From Neoechinorhynchus agilis (Eukaryota; Animalia; Acanthocephala): DNA of 64,000 bases. A program made the translations under genes and the position numbers. This document shows, in pieces, positions 47,975 to 59,820 of the stretch. The notes below the pieces were generated by a model. It worked only from the letters and a program-made list of their open reading frames with translations, did no database searches and was not told the DNA's origin. Location of the stretch: the NCBI GenBank assembly GCA_051530055.1, contig CM121341.1, positions 13,308,784 to 13,372,783 of the forward strand, read 5' to 3'. Each line of letters begins with the position of its first letter. The first letter of the stretch is position 1.

Positions 47975-49909
47975 TCATACAATTGGGCCTATCCGAACTG
48001 ACTTATCCTGACTTGCAATAGCAACGAGCGTCGCATTATCATCATTGGTGGTAATGCCATCAACATCAAAAACAATCACGTCTTTTGGTAGAAATTTTGA
48101 AGCCAGGGGGGCGTTCGTCTTTCGAATATCCCATTCAAATACTTGACCGCGACCCGAAGCCGTAAGGACCCGAGTGCTTTTGTCCAATACTCTGACCCTG
48201 TAGGTCCATCTCTGATGACCACCGAGTCTGAATGCTTCCTTTAGATCTAAATGTACGACGATACTATTGCTATACGCGAAAAAGGAAAAGTATATGGACC
48301 GTTTCGACAATCTAGAGCTTTAGCAAATTCGTCAGCCAAACTAATGTAGATAAGGTTATCATCGAAGCTAAAATCCGCCGATAAACAACTCGTGTGCATC
48401 ATCTAAATCCATTGATGGAAAATTGACAGTTTTTTCTCCATTAAAAATACCTGTTTTTGAACACACGTCATAGAGTCGATGCTCCATATTTTTGTATAAC
48501 GATCAGTATAAGAACACGACAATGCTTCAGTATCTGATATCCACTTAAGCGCCATCAGAGGCCCTCTAACATGAGCATCTTTTATCGCTAACAATGCCTC
48601 TGAATCTTTCTCCAATTTCTTCAAAATCCACAAACGTATTGATCCATCGTCACTACCACTAATAAGGCGGTGATCACGAACACTGAAGCACCGTACAGCG
48701 TCGTCATGAATCAATTCCCGTTCATTTGAAAACCCTTCGTCATTCTCAAATGCACGAATTAAACCGTCTTCACATGAGCAGAGGATAAGATTGTCAATTA
48801 CTTCAACTTGAGTAACGGCTGCTGGCAAAAGTTCGGGTGACCTTTCAATCAATGATTTCTCAAGAGAAATTTTCAAAAGTGGACAAATCAACGATGCATC
48901 ATAAAAGCCTTCCAATCATCCACCTTATCATAGATTCTAACGTAGCCGTCAAAACATCCACTTATGATTTTGGATTTTGATAATAACCTAAAGTTTGTGT
49001 GTGTGAGAGAGCAAATAGATTAAATAGATGGATACTTGCAAAAACGTAGATACGCCGCCGATGCAACTAAAAAGCGCATGAACTTTTAAGCATAGAAATG
49101 CTCAAAAGCACATAGAAAATACAAACGACCACGAATTCTTGATTTTCGCCAGAGATGCACACAAAAACGCCAGTACAAATAGATGGATAATTCCAAAAAC
49201 GTAAACGATGCCACACAAGAACCCATGTATACACGTGAACACTAGCAAAAATTTTGATTTGTGGTGAAGATAATCAATCATCTGGATAAACCTTATTTTA
49301 TTGTAATGAAATGTTCTAAACACTTGCGAAACAATGATTAATAATGCGAGGAGGTTTCCTCTTTCGAAATATTTCGCGAACAATAAAATACGTTTTATCC
49401 GGGTGATTATGATCACCACAAATCAAAATTTACTATCCCGATATGGATTTTTCAATCGATATGAATAGCAAAAATATATAGATCTCCGTATGCACCGACA
49501 CTAACACGAAAAAGACTCAAGAACGCGAAATACCTTACGCACGAAACCCAATCTTGGTGTTTTAGTTTCTTGTCCTTTTCATCGGACAATCGTTCCGGCT
49601 CGTATTCAATCATTATAATTTGCTCCTATCGCACAAATTAAAAAACTCTCGTGAAGGAAATTGAATAAATGGTACCCTCTTGTCAGGTAACTGATCGAGT
49701 AGTGACCTAAGATCAGATTGTATTTTAAGATCCTCATGATAGAACGTGTAATTGATCGATTGGTTGATCTTTGACTCTGCCGATTTGATTAACTGATTGA
49801 GATAATCAACGCTGACGTCCGGAGATACACGAATGGGCGCACTGTATGCGTTTTTAATATTCTTGGTTAAGAGCGGTCCAAGTGCAAAGAAAAAACGAAA
49901 ACCTTTCAT
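47975..49909 (-). CDS. WDR12: WDR12/Ytm1-like NLE-WD40 protein, multi-exon (left copy)
   Basis: N-terminal NLE-like exon, then LISGSDDGSIRLW, DRYTKIWS, GHQRW and WDIRKTNAPL (compare WDR12 WDTRSCKAPL). Confidence 0.6.
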
Positions 49910-50456
49910 CTTGATTGGAGAATCTTTGACGAAAAGAGATATTTATAAAGTCCGTCGTAGAATTCATCTGAATATAATAATTGTAAACGCCGATAGACTG
50001 AATTTTTTCATTATATAGCAAACTCTTCGAATGCTAAACAGCGAAAGTATTCTCCTCTACCTACTTTTTTGGGCTAAAAATTGAAAAGCGTTAATCTGCT
50101 TCCCTATTTCCAACGACAACAACACTATCAATGCAACTGGGCGGCGTTAAGATCTTCATTTACGATATTCTTAGACGAAAGAACGCTTGTTAAGATGTTG
50201 ACGTTCTCTTTAGGACAGATTTAAAGTATTTAAGGATCTTCATTCTAAAAATTGAAGTACACCGTTAAATTGAAGTATTCACCACTTCATAAATTGGTGA
50301 AACTCGCGCAATAATTCCACTGAAACGGTCAGCTAAGAGAAAACTCAACAAGAAGGAAAATTAGGGACGAAGTCGTTCCGTAGCTTATTTCTCTGTGAAC
50401 GTTCAACGTTTTAGGCTAAAATTTGGGTACATTTCTAAAGAGAGCGTGAACTTCTT

Positions 50457-50528
50457 TAGCAGCGAGTTGCTTCGATCCACCGACCTCTTAGTTATGAGAC
50501 CGGCACGCTTTTTCTGCTCCACGCTGCT
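50457..50528 (-). pseudogene. tRNA-iMet(CAT) pseudogene
   Basis: D-loop GG lost; D and anticodon stems mismatched. Confidence 0.8.
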
Positions 50529-51600
50529 GATTGCAGGTGCAAGCGGATAATCAGCAATGCCCAACTCCAATCTGGAGGGATGGTGAAGACAGTTTCAAGC
50601 AAGTTAACTGATCGAGTGCTCGCTGGCGAGTTCGCTCGATTCAATCGTGTTTTGAATGTACAACTACGGAAAAATTGGCATCGCAGAGAGTTCATTATTT
50701 GATTCGTTGTGGAATACCGCAGCACACAGTTGTTCGATTTGAAGAAATTCAAGGAGCTGTCTCTCACGAGGACTTCAAGACCTTCGGACTTGCCACTCCC
50801 CTCGCGCTGAAAAATTCATCTGAGCGAAAATCATTGTCCCTGACTCCGTTAAAAAAATAAGAATTAATAGGTAGATGATGTGAGAAATGCCTAGACGCGA
50901 GAGTAAAGGAGACTCCCACTGCACTGCGTCTAGGATTGATAAGACCTTTGGATGGAGTGGTTGCCGAATTCATCACCGGACTCCGACGAGTCAGAACCGT
51001 GTTTTTTTGCTTGCTCCAAACTCTGCTAGCAGAAGTGCTCTGAGCATTATGGCTCAGATTATGGTTGTGCGGCGAACGCTGAGATTCGTTGGCTATTTTT
51101 TTCAACAACACGTTTTATTTATTTTGTTTAAGAATAGGACCCATGTACTTCTGGGTCCTCGTGATCACTTTAGAGTTGATGACGGATCCGGAGTGGATGA
51201 AGGATAGCGAGGGTGATGGTCAACGACGACGAGGTCGTCGAGAGAGAGGCAAGCCAAATGTTTTCTTTGCCTTCCCTGAACCTGACATTATGATGTGATA
51301 AGACGGCATTATTGCTTTTATTGGCTATTGTTCTCTAATTATCCAAAGAAGCATCCTAAATTGAGAGAAAGTTTTCTATTTATCCTGTCTATGCACTAAA
51401 ACGAAAGCGCACAACGCCACGCTGCTGCTGATGGAACTGCCCATGCAAGGTACGAAATTTCAAAGATCCAAAACAACAAATGTTGAGCGTAAAGCACGAA
51501 TATAGCTTCTTGGGTCATTATCTCACTTTGTATTTCAAAAGGAAGGAATCAGTTTGAATTTACATATTTGTGCATCATGTTCCATATTTAATTGGCAATC

Positions 51601-51672
51601 AGCAGCGTGGCGCAGAGGAAGCGTGCTGGGCTCATAACTCAGAGGTCGGTGGATCGAAACCACTCGCTGCTA
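51601..51672 (+). tRNA. trnM: Initiator tRNA-Met (CAT)
   Basis: A1-U72 pair, 7-bp acceptor AGCAGCG/CGCTGCT, CAT anticodon, initiator-type T-loop ATCGAAA; G30.U40 wobble. Confidence 0.93.
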
Positions 51673-51742
51673 AGAGAGAGAATTGAACACCGGAAGGATC
51701 GAGACAAGGTTTTAATCGTTAATCCGATGAAGGAACTTAAAG

Positions 51743-52330
51743 ATGGCAAAAATGTTTGGCACTCGGTATTTTAGTGAAGATCAGGACATTTTTGATCACA
51801 ATGCTTGGGACGATGTTGAGTTAAACGATGAAGATATGGAAAAAGCATTACGTCGCTTAAAAGAAGCAGAAAATCATTCTTCATCGATGGCTGTGGATCA
51901 ACGGGAGGCTATTTTGAGAGAAGGTACTGCCCGTCACTGGGAAGCATTTTATCAGAATCACGGAAATAAGTTCTTTAAAGATCGTCGTTGGATTATGAGA
52001 GAGTTTATCGATTGACGTGCGATTGGACTTTCTATTCGTCCTAAAGACCAATCGCATTCCATACGGAAATATCAGACTTTGCGTTAAAGCAACAATGCGG
52101 TGATCCAATCAGGATTGTCGATGTCGGTTGCGGAGTTGGAAATACGTCTTTGATGCTCCTTGAGAACTTACCACCGCACTGCCTCATTCACGGATTTGAT
52201 TGCTCGTCGAAGGCATTGAATGCATTTAGACAAAATCCGAACTTCGATCAAAGTCGATGCCAATTATCATTGGTGGATCTATGCGATCGTAACGATATGA
52301 CGGCGAGAAGATGTGAGCTTTTAAGAGATT
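51743..52330 (+). pseudogene. METTL2: METTL2/Trm140 tRNA m3C32 methyltransferase, frameshifted and 3'-truncated
   Basis: FGTRYF...FDHNAWDDVE, WEAFY...FFKDRRW, IVDVGCGVGNT. A 1-nt deletion at ~52012 precedes a predicted 30-nt intron. Confidence 0.85.
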
Positions 52331-52332
52331 GT

Positions 52333-52741
52333 AGAGAGAGAATTGAACACCGGAAGGATCGAGACAAGGTTTTAATCGTTAATCCGATGAAGGAACTTAA
52401 AGATGGCAAAAATGTTTGGCACTCGGTATTTTAGTGAAGATCAGGACATTTTTGATCACAATGCTTGGGACGATGTTGAGTTAAACGATGAAGATATGGA
52501 AAAAGCATTACGTCGCTTAAAAGAAGCAGAAAATCATTCTTCATCGATGGCTGTGGATCAACGGGAGGCTATTTTGAGAGAAGGTACTGCCCGTCACTGG
52601 GAAGCATTTTATCAGAATCACGGAAATAAGTTCTTTAAAGATCGTCGTTGGATTATGAGAGAGTTTATCGATTGACGTGCGATTGGACTTTCTATTCGTC
52701 CTAAAGACCAATCGCATTCCATACGGAAATATCAGACTTTG
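52333..52741 (+). repeat. 409-bp direct duplication of 51673-52081 (offset 660)
   Basis: Identical ORFs 51743-52015 and 52403-52675; boundaries read directly from the sequence. Confidence 0.95.
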
Positions 52742-53183
52742 AAGTTGGATTCAAATTAAGATGCAACTTAGCCAAAGCGTCAAAAACTAATGTGTACGAT
52801 TCGTTTCCAAAGACGCAAACATGCAGTTTAAATGCAACACCAAAGTGGATTTTCGAAAAAATTTCTTTTTCTTGGATCTAAATTTTAGCCTATTTTAAAT
52901 GTTCATTTTGGTTTAGTGCTCACAGAGAATCCAATGAGAAAATCCGAAGCAGATTCTTTGAGACTTTTCACTTTTATATTCTGGTCGAGTAAAAGTTGAT
53001 AGGTCCTCATTGGTGGATTTTTTTATGAATATAGAGTAATCGTTATTTGAGCGATAAAGAATATTGGATTGAATCGATGGAATGCTAATTTGGTGAGGTC
53101 GGGGGGGAAGTCCTTTGGATGTTATCATTTGCCTGCACCGTTTTTAGGGTTGAGAAGAAAAGCGAGTATATTTGCCATTGTTA

Positions 53184-53611
53184 AATTGATATTTGGCGCA
53201 ATTAAGGAATTAAAGATTAATTTAATTAATTTTCGGCCTGAGCGTGGGCCATCTTCAGATATCTAAAACACGTCATTTTACAAACATTTGTCCTTTAGGA
53301 CGTATATCAGGTGGAAATCGCAGGTGGAGTTTGTAATCCGCCTTATTGTGCGTAAATGTACGCGTTGTTTGTATTAAAATGGCCTCCATCGTTGTTCTGT
53401 CTCTACGGTTATCACATTTTGCTGGAATCTCAGTGGCATCAAAATTGATCTGGTGATCATTTTCAATCACGTAGTGTACAATCGCAGAGCTTGTATCCAT
53501 TTTTCTGGACACAGTTCTACGATGTTTGTTGAGCCGCCTAAAAACAAACGAACATTATAAAGAGACGGCTTAAATTAATCTATAATTCTTTAGTTGCGCC
53601 AAATATCAATT
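53184..53611 (-). mobile_element. 5'-truncated Penelope-like element: GIY-YIG C-terminus, hammerhead and inverted tail copy
   Basis: RRLNKHRR...SSAIVHY..ENDHQINFDATEI...RTTMEAILI; 42-bp inverted repeats 53184-53225 / 53570-53611. Confidence 0.8.
53222..53263 (-). ncRNA. Minimal hammerhead ribozyme
   Basis: CUGAAGA-U-GGCC(CACGCUCA)GGCC-GAA-AAUU-A^AU, about 15 nt after the GIY-YIG stop. Confidence 0.7.
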
Positions 53612-53869
53612 ACGTAGGAATTGTTATGACGTGACGTCATTGCGCTGTTAGGGCGTTTGCTTGTAAGTTTTTAGTATAAAAGCTATCCTGCCTGAAGTGA
53701 CGATGCTAATCGGTTCATTTTCCAATTCGAACGCAATTTTTGTCCCGTATTATCGAGGTTTCAGCCTTGACAGATTAAAATTTTAGAATATAAGCTTCAA
53801 TCCGTCGCCTTTTAGGCACTGTTCCAAACTCTTTAATAAACGGTGGCGACTTCCCTATTAAGCCGTTTG

Positions 53870-54935
53870 TAGTTCCGGAAATTAAACAGATCCAGGTTTG
53901 CCCATAGGGAATTTTCTTGGCTAAGGGCATTAAAGGTCGAAAATGTAAATGTACAAATGCTCAGATGAGGCGTGGCGACAAGCTTCATTGCCTGTGTCAT
54001 CTGGAGGATTGGGCATTCAGGCGCTAGTAGACCTTGCCTTGACAGTGTTTCTTTGATCGTATGAGGGGAGTCGATCAACAGCGAAGAAAATTCTGAGGGA
54101 AAAGTTTTGTCTTGACCAAGACATTGTGGTGGCAGTTGAGGAATGGTATCAGCAGACAGGCGCTAACCATGTTCCCTTGAATGGCCTCAGACAGTCGATC
54201 TGGGACAGACCTCTTTTCGCGAGAGCTCACAGCTCTCTACCTTCAGGTTCTCGCGATGGGGTCGTCCGAGCTAGACTGTTGGCAGTTTCAACACGAGAAT
54301 CTGGGGCGTGGTTGGAGGCTGTTCCTCTGGCATCTGTGGGAACTCCTCTCACTAATGAGGCAACGAGGATCGCAGTGTCCTTAAGGCTTGGTCTCCCGAT
54401 GTGCACGCCCGGTCGCTGTCTATGCGGGTCTTTGTTTGATGCTTTCGGGCGACACGATCTCGTTTGCCGAAAGTCAGGAGGAAGGTTCTCACGCCATTCC
54501 GAGATCAATAGCGTAATTTCTCGGGCGTTGAGAACAGCGAACTTCCCCAACATCTTGGAACCCGCCCATCTTTGTCGACTAGACGGTCGTCGACCTGACA
54601 GAATTTCGGTCTTTTCGTGGCGGGGAGGCAAATGCCTTCACTGGGACGCCACGTTTGCGGACACCCTCGCAATAAGCAACGTTCCCTATTCTCTAGATAT
54701 CGCTGGAGGTGCAGCGGAAGAGACGAAGGTACGAAAATGAGCGCTTGACAGCTCAGCACTCACTCTGCTCCAAGATCTCTCGAGGAAATTGAGAGAAACA
54801 ACCAACGATGCACGAGCAGTTGTATTCCTGCGACAAAATATGTCGCTTGCAGTACAACGAGGCAATGCTGCTAGCGTGATAGCGACAGCCGAGGAAGGAG
54901 AGGAGCTCCAATTTTGCGGACGGCGCTGATTGCAC
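53870..54935 (+). mobile_element. Second CRE-clade copy, degenerate
   Basis: SDEAWRQASLPVSSGGLGI, GAWLEAVP, CLCG...RHDLVC, RPD, WDAT, VQRGNAASV. Confidence 0.88.
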
Positions 54936-55190
54936 GTTTTGTACTTTATTATTTTATGATTAAAAAATGTTATCTTGTTTTTATAAAATCGAATACTTTG
55001 CTATTTATTGTTAAAAGGGACGCGTTTTGTATTCAAATTTCAGCTTCGGAGATTTAAGAGATGTTGAAAATAAGTAAGCGAAATTGTGAAAAAGAACTAA
55101 AGAAAGTATTTCATAAACAAAGAACAATCAAATGTCGAAGAATACAGGAAACCGCAAAAGATTGTCCAGCCGGTGTTCTATTCTCTCTTT

Positions 55191-55262
55191 TAGCAGCGAG
55201 TGGTTTCGATCCACCGACCTCTGAGTTATGAGCCCAGCACGCTTCCTCTGCGCCACGCTGCT
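55191..55262 (-). tRNA. trnM: Initiator tRNA-Met (CAT), mirrored copy
   Basis: Reverse complement of 51601-51672. Confidence 0.93.
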
Positions 55263-56334
55263 GATTGCCAATTAAATATGGAACATGATGCACAAATATG
55301 TAAATTCAAACTGATTCCTTCCTTTTGAAATACAAAGTGAGATAATGACCCAAGAAGCTATATTCGTGCTTTACGCTCAACATTTGTTGTTTTGGATCTT
55401 TGAAATTTCGTACCTTGCATGGGCAGTTCCATCAGCAGCAGCGTGGCGTTGTGCGCTTTCGTTTTAGTGCATAGACAGGATAAATAGAAAACTTTCTCTC
55501 AATTTAGGATGCTTCTTTGGATAATTAGAGAACAATAGCCAATAAAAGCAATAATGCCGTCTTATCACATCATAATGTCAGGTTCAGGGAAGGCAAAGAA
55601 AACATTTGGCTTGCCTCTCTCTCGACGACCTCGTCGTCGTTGACCATCACCCTCGCTATCCTTCATCCACTCCGGATCCGTCATCAACTCTAAAGTGATC
55701 ACGAGGACCCAGAAGTACATGGGTCCTATTCTTAAACAAAATAAATAAAACGTGTTGTTGAAAAAAATAGCCAACGAATCTCAGCGTTCGCCGCACAACC
55801 ATAATCTGAGCCATAATGCTCAGAGCACTTCTGCTAGCAGAGTTTGGAGCAAGCAAAAAAACACGGTTCTGACTCGTCGGAGTCCGGTGATGAATTCGGC
55901 AACCACTCCATCCAAAGGTCTTATCAATCCTAGACGCAGTGCAGTGGGAGTCTCCTTTACTCTCGCGTCTAGGCATTTCTCACATCATCTACCTATTAAT
56001 TCTTATTTTTTTAACGGATTCAGGGACAATGATTTTCGCTCAGATGAATTTTTCAGCGCGAGGGGAGTGGCAAGTCCGAAGGTCTTGAAGTCCTCGTGAG
56101 AGACAGCTCTTTGAATTTCTTCAAATCGAACAACTGTGTGCTGCGGTATTCCACAACGAATCAAATAATGAACTCTCTGCGATGCCAATTTTTCCGTAGT
56201 TGTACATTCAAAACACGATTGAATCGAGCGAACTCGCCAGCGAGCACTCGATCAGTTAACTTGCTTGAAACTGTCTTCACCATCCCTCCAGATTGGAGTT
56301 GGGCATTGCTGATTATCCGCTTGCACCTGCAATC

Positions 56335-56406
56335 AGCAGCGTGGAGCAGAAAAAGCGTGCCGGTCTCATAACTAAGAGGTCGGTGGATCGAAGCAACTCG
56401 CTGCTA
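56335..56406 (+). pseudogene. tRNA-iMet pseudogene, mirrored copy
   Basis: Reverse complement of 50457-50528. Confidence 0.8.
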
Positions 56407-56953
56407 AAGAAGTTCACGCTCTCTTTAGAAATGTACCCAAATTTTAGCCTAAAACGTTGAACGTTCACAGAGAAATAAGCTACGGAACGACTTCGTCCCT
56501 AATTTTCCTTCTTGTTGAGTTTTCTCTTAGCTGACCGTTTCAGTGGAATTATTGCGCGAGTTTCACCAATTTATGAAGTGGTGAAGACTTCAATTTAACG
56601 GTGTACTTCAATTTTTAGAATGAAGATCCTTAAATACTTTAAATCTGTCCTAAAGAGAACGTCAACATCTTAACAAGCGTTCTTTCGTCTAAGAATATCG
56701 TAAACTAAGATCTTAACGCCGCCCAGTTGCATTGATAGTGTTGTTGTCGTTGGAAATAGGGAAGCAGATTAACGCTTTTCAGTTTTTAGCCCAAAAAAGT
56801 AGGTAGAGGAGAATACTTTCGCTGTTTAGCATTCGAAGAGTTTGCTATATAATGAAAAAATTCAGTCTATCGGCGTTTACAATTATTATATTCAGATGAA
56901 TTCTACGACGGACTTTATAAATATCTCTTTTCGTCAAAGATTCTCCAATCAAG

Positions 56954-58888
56954 ATGAAAGGTTTTCGTTTTTTCTTTGCACTTGGACCGCTCTTAACCAA
57001 GAATATTAAAAACGCATACAGTGCGCCCATTCGTGTATCTCCGGACGTCAGCGTTGATTATCTCAATCAGTTAATCAAATCGGCAGAGTCAAAGATCAAC
57101 CAATCGATCAATTACACGTTCTATCATGAGGATCTTAAAATACAATCTGATCTTAGGTCACTACTCGATCAGTTACCTGACAAGAGGGTACCATTTATTC
57201 AATTTCCTTCACGAGAGTTTTTTAATTTGTGCGATAGGAGCAAATTATAATGATTGAATACGAGCCGGAACGATTGTCCGATGAAAAGGACAAGAAACTA
57301 AAACACCAAGATTGGGTTTCGTGCGTAAGGTATTTCGCGTTCTTGAGTCTTTTTCGTGTTAGTGTCGGTGCATACGGAGATCTATATATTTTTGCTATTC
57401 ATATCGATTGAAAAATCCATATCGGGATAGTAAATTTTGATTTGTGGTGATCATAATCACCCGGATAAAACGTATTTTATTGTTCGCGAAATATTTCGAA
57501 AGAGGAAACCTCCTCGCATTATTAATCATTGTTTCGCAAGTGTTTAGAACATTTCATTACAATAAAATAAGGTTTATCCAGGTGATTGATTATCTTCACC
57601 ACAAATCAAAATTTTTGCTAGTGTTCACGTGTATACATGGGTTCTTGTGTGGCATCGTTTACGTTTTTGGAATTATCCATCTATTTGTACTGGCGTTTTT
57701 GTGTGCATCTCTGGCGAAAATCAAGAATTCGTGGTCGTTTGTATTTTCTATGTGCTTTTGAGCATTTCTATGCTTAAAAGTTCATGCGCTTTTTAATTGC
57801 ATCGGCGGCGTATCTACGTTTTTGCAAGTATCCATCTATTTAATCTATTTGCTCTCTCACACACACAAACTTTAGGTTATTATCAAAATCCAAAATCATA
57901 AGTGGATGTTTTGACGGCTACGTTAGAATCTATGATAAGGTGGATGATTGGAAGGCTTTTATGATGCATCGTTGATTTGTCCACTTTTGAAAATTTCTCT
58001 TGAGAAATCATTGATTGAAAGGTCACCCGAACTTTTGCCAGCAGCCGTTACTCAAGTTGAAGTAATTGACAATCTTATCCTCTGCTCATGTGAAGACGGT
58101 TTAATTCGTGCATTTGAGAATGACGAAGGGTTTTCAAATGAACGGGAATTGATTCATGACGACGCTGTACGGTGCTTCAGTGTTCGTGATCACCGCCTTA
58201 TTAGTGGTAGTGACGATGGATCAATACGTTTGTGGATTTTGAAGAAATTGGAGAAAGATTCAGAGGCATTGTTAGCGATAAAAGATGCTCATGTTAGAGG
58301 GCCTCTGATGGCGCTTAAGTGGATATCAGATACTGAAGCATTGTCGTGTTCTTATACTGATCGTTATACAAAAATATGGAGCATCGACTCTATGACGTGT
58401 GTTCAAAAACAGGTATTTTTAATGGAGAAAAAACTGTCAATTTTCCATCAATGGATTTAGATGATGCACACGAGTTGTTTATCGGCGGATTTTAGCTTCG
58501 ATGATAACCTTATCTACATTAGTTTGGCTGACGAATTTGCTAAAGCTCTAGATTGTCGAAACGGTCCATATACTTTTCCTTTTTCGCGTATAGCAATAGT
58601 ATCGTCGTACATTTAGATCTAAAGGAAGCATTCAGACTCGGTGGTCATCAGAGATGGACCTACAGGGTCAGAGTATTGGACAAAAGCACTCGGGTCCTTA
58701 CGGCTTCGGGTCGCGGTCAAGTATTTGAATGGGATATTCGAAAGACGAACGCCCCCCTAGCTTCAAAATTTCTACCAAAAGACGTGATTGTTTTTGATGT
58801 TGATGGCATTACCACCAATGATGATAATGCGACGCTCGTTGCTATTGCAAGTCAGGATAAGTCAGTTCGGATAGGCCCAATTGTATGA
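56954..58888 (+). CDS. WDR12: WDR12/Ytm1-like protein (right copy)
   Basis: Exon ORFs (98, 170 and 111 aa) are protein-identical to the left copy. Confidence 0.6.
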
Positions 58889-59126
58889 TTTTTGACGCAA
58901 ATTGAAATCATATGAACCGCTGTTTAATAAACGTTTACTTCATAAACCTACATTTTCAATGTCATTTGAACATTTTATAAAAGCGTTGATTTAGAAGTTT
59001 CGTATAAACGTTTATGCATGAAAATTATAACAGCACGACAACTTCGCGAGTTTTATAGATCATGAGTTTTTTTAAAGACTCACTTTCAAAGGTAATCAGC
59101 AACCATTCTTTTTACTGTTAACTATA

Positions 59127-59524
59127 CAGGGTGTAACACATGCTTAGTACCCCCTCCACAAGGAAAACTATAACAGATATTCTGATGCGGTTTTTAGGGT
59201 TTGAAAGCTTATTTCAATACGCTTCTAACGATATATAACTTCGCCCCCACGGCCTCCCCCAAGCCCCAGCCTGCATCGGCATCTTCGTGGTGTTCACGGC
59301 GAAGGCGATCCTCTGGGTCATCAAGGAGGAGGGGGCCAAGTGGAACGGCGAATACTTCCGCTCTATTCTGTCGGAGCAGGTCAATCCCTTCTTGAAAAAC
59401 CCTCAAAACGTGCTCAGCGTCCAAGATGTCACCTTCCTCCACGACAAGGCGCCGTGCTGCAAGGCACTTGCAACCCAGGCGCTCCTCCGGGATTCCGTAC
59501 TCGACTTCTTCTCCAGCTCCGAGT
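59127..59524 (+). mobile_element. Truncated mirror copy of the Tc1 element (one TIR plus partial transposase)
   Basis: TA|CAGGGTGTAAC...; homology stops at ...CCAGCTCCGAGT. Confidence 0.9.
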
Positions 59525-59820
59525 TAATATCTTCGGTAATGTAGTTAAAAATATATAACCTGCTTAGAGCCGCGGCTCCACCCGAATTCCATTGTAAGCA
59601 GTGTAAATTGAGCGGCACGGCGAGGACCCACTCATTGTCATTCCATAGCGTCCATCGCAACGTCAGAGTCGCTTGTGATATGTCTATTGTTTGATACATT
59701 GTTCGAGCGTCGTGAATTTTTGCCGCTTATTTTATTGTCTTTAGGCGGTATTCTTTGCCTCTTATTCAGTCCTGATTGTACTTGGTTCCCGCTATTCGCT
59801 GTCGGGTTGATAATGGTCTT
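59525..59820 (-). mobile_element. Fragment of a second LINE (ORF1 end / APE start)
   Basis: Low-complexity ORF1-like tail followed by LHCLQWNSGG (APE first motif). Confidence 0.45.

Larger units (their letters stand above)
47339..51693. repeat. Left arm of 4,355-bp inverted duplication
   Basis: Every mirrored ORF or tRNA checked satisfies left + right = 106863. Confidence 0.97.
55170..59524. repeat. Right arm of 4,355-bp inverted duplication
   Basis: Reverse complement of 47339-51693 with scattered substitutions. Confidence 0.97.

Noticed and set aside
52900-53180. Possible LINE RT fragment (IFIKK...RP)
   Set aside because: Too degenerate to support
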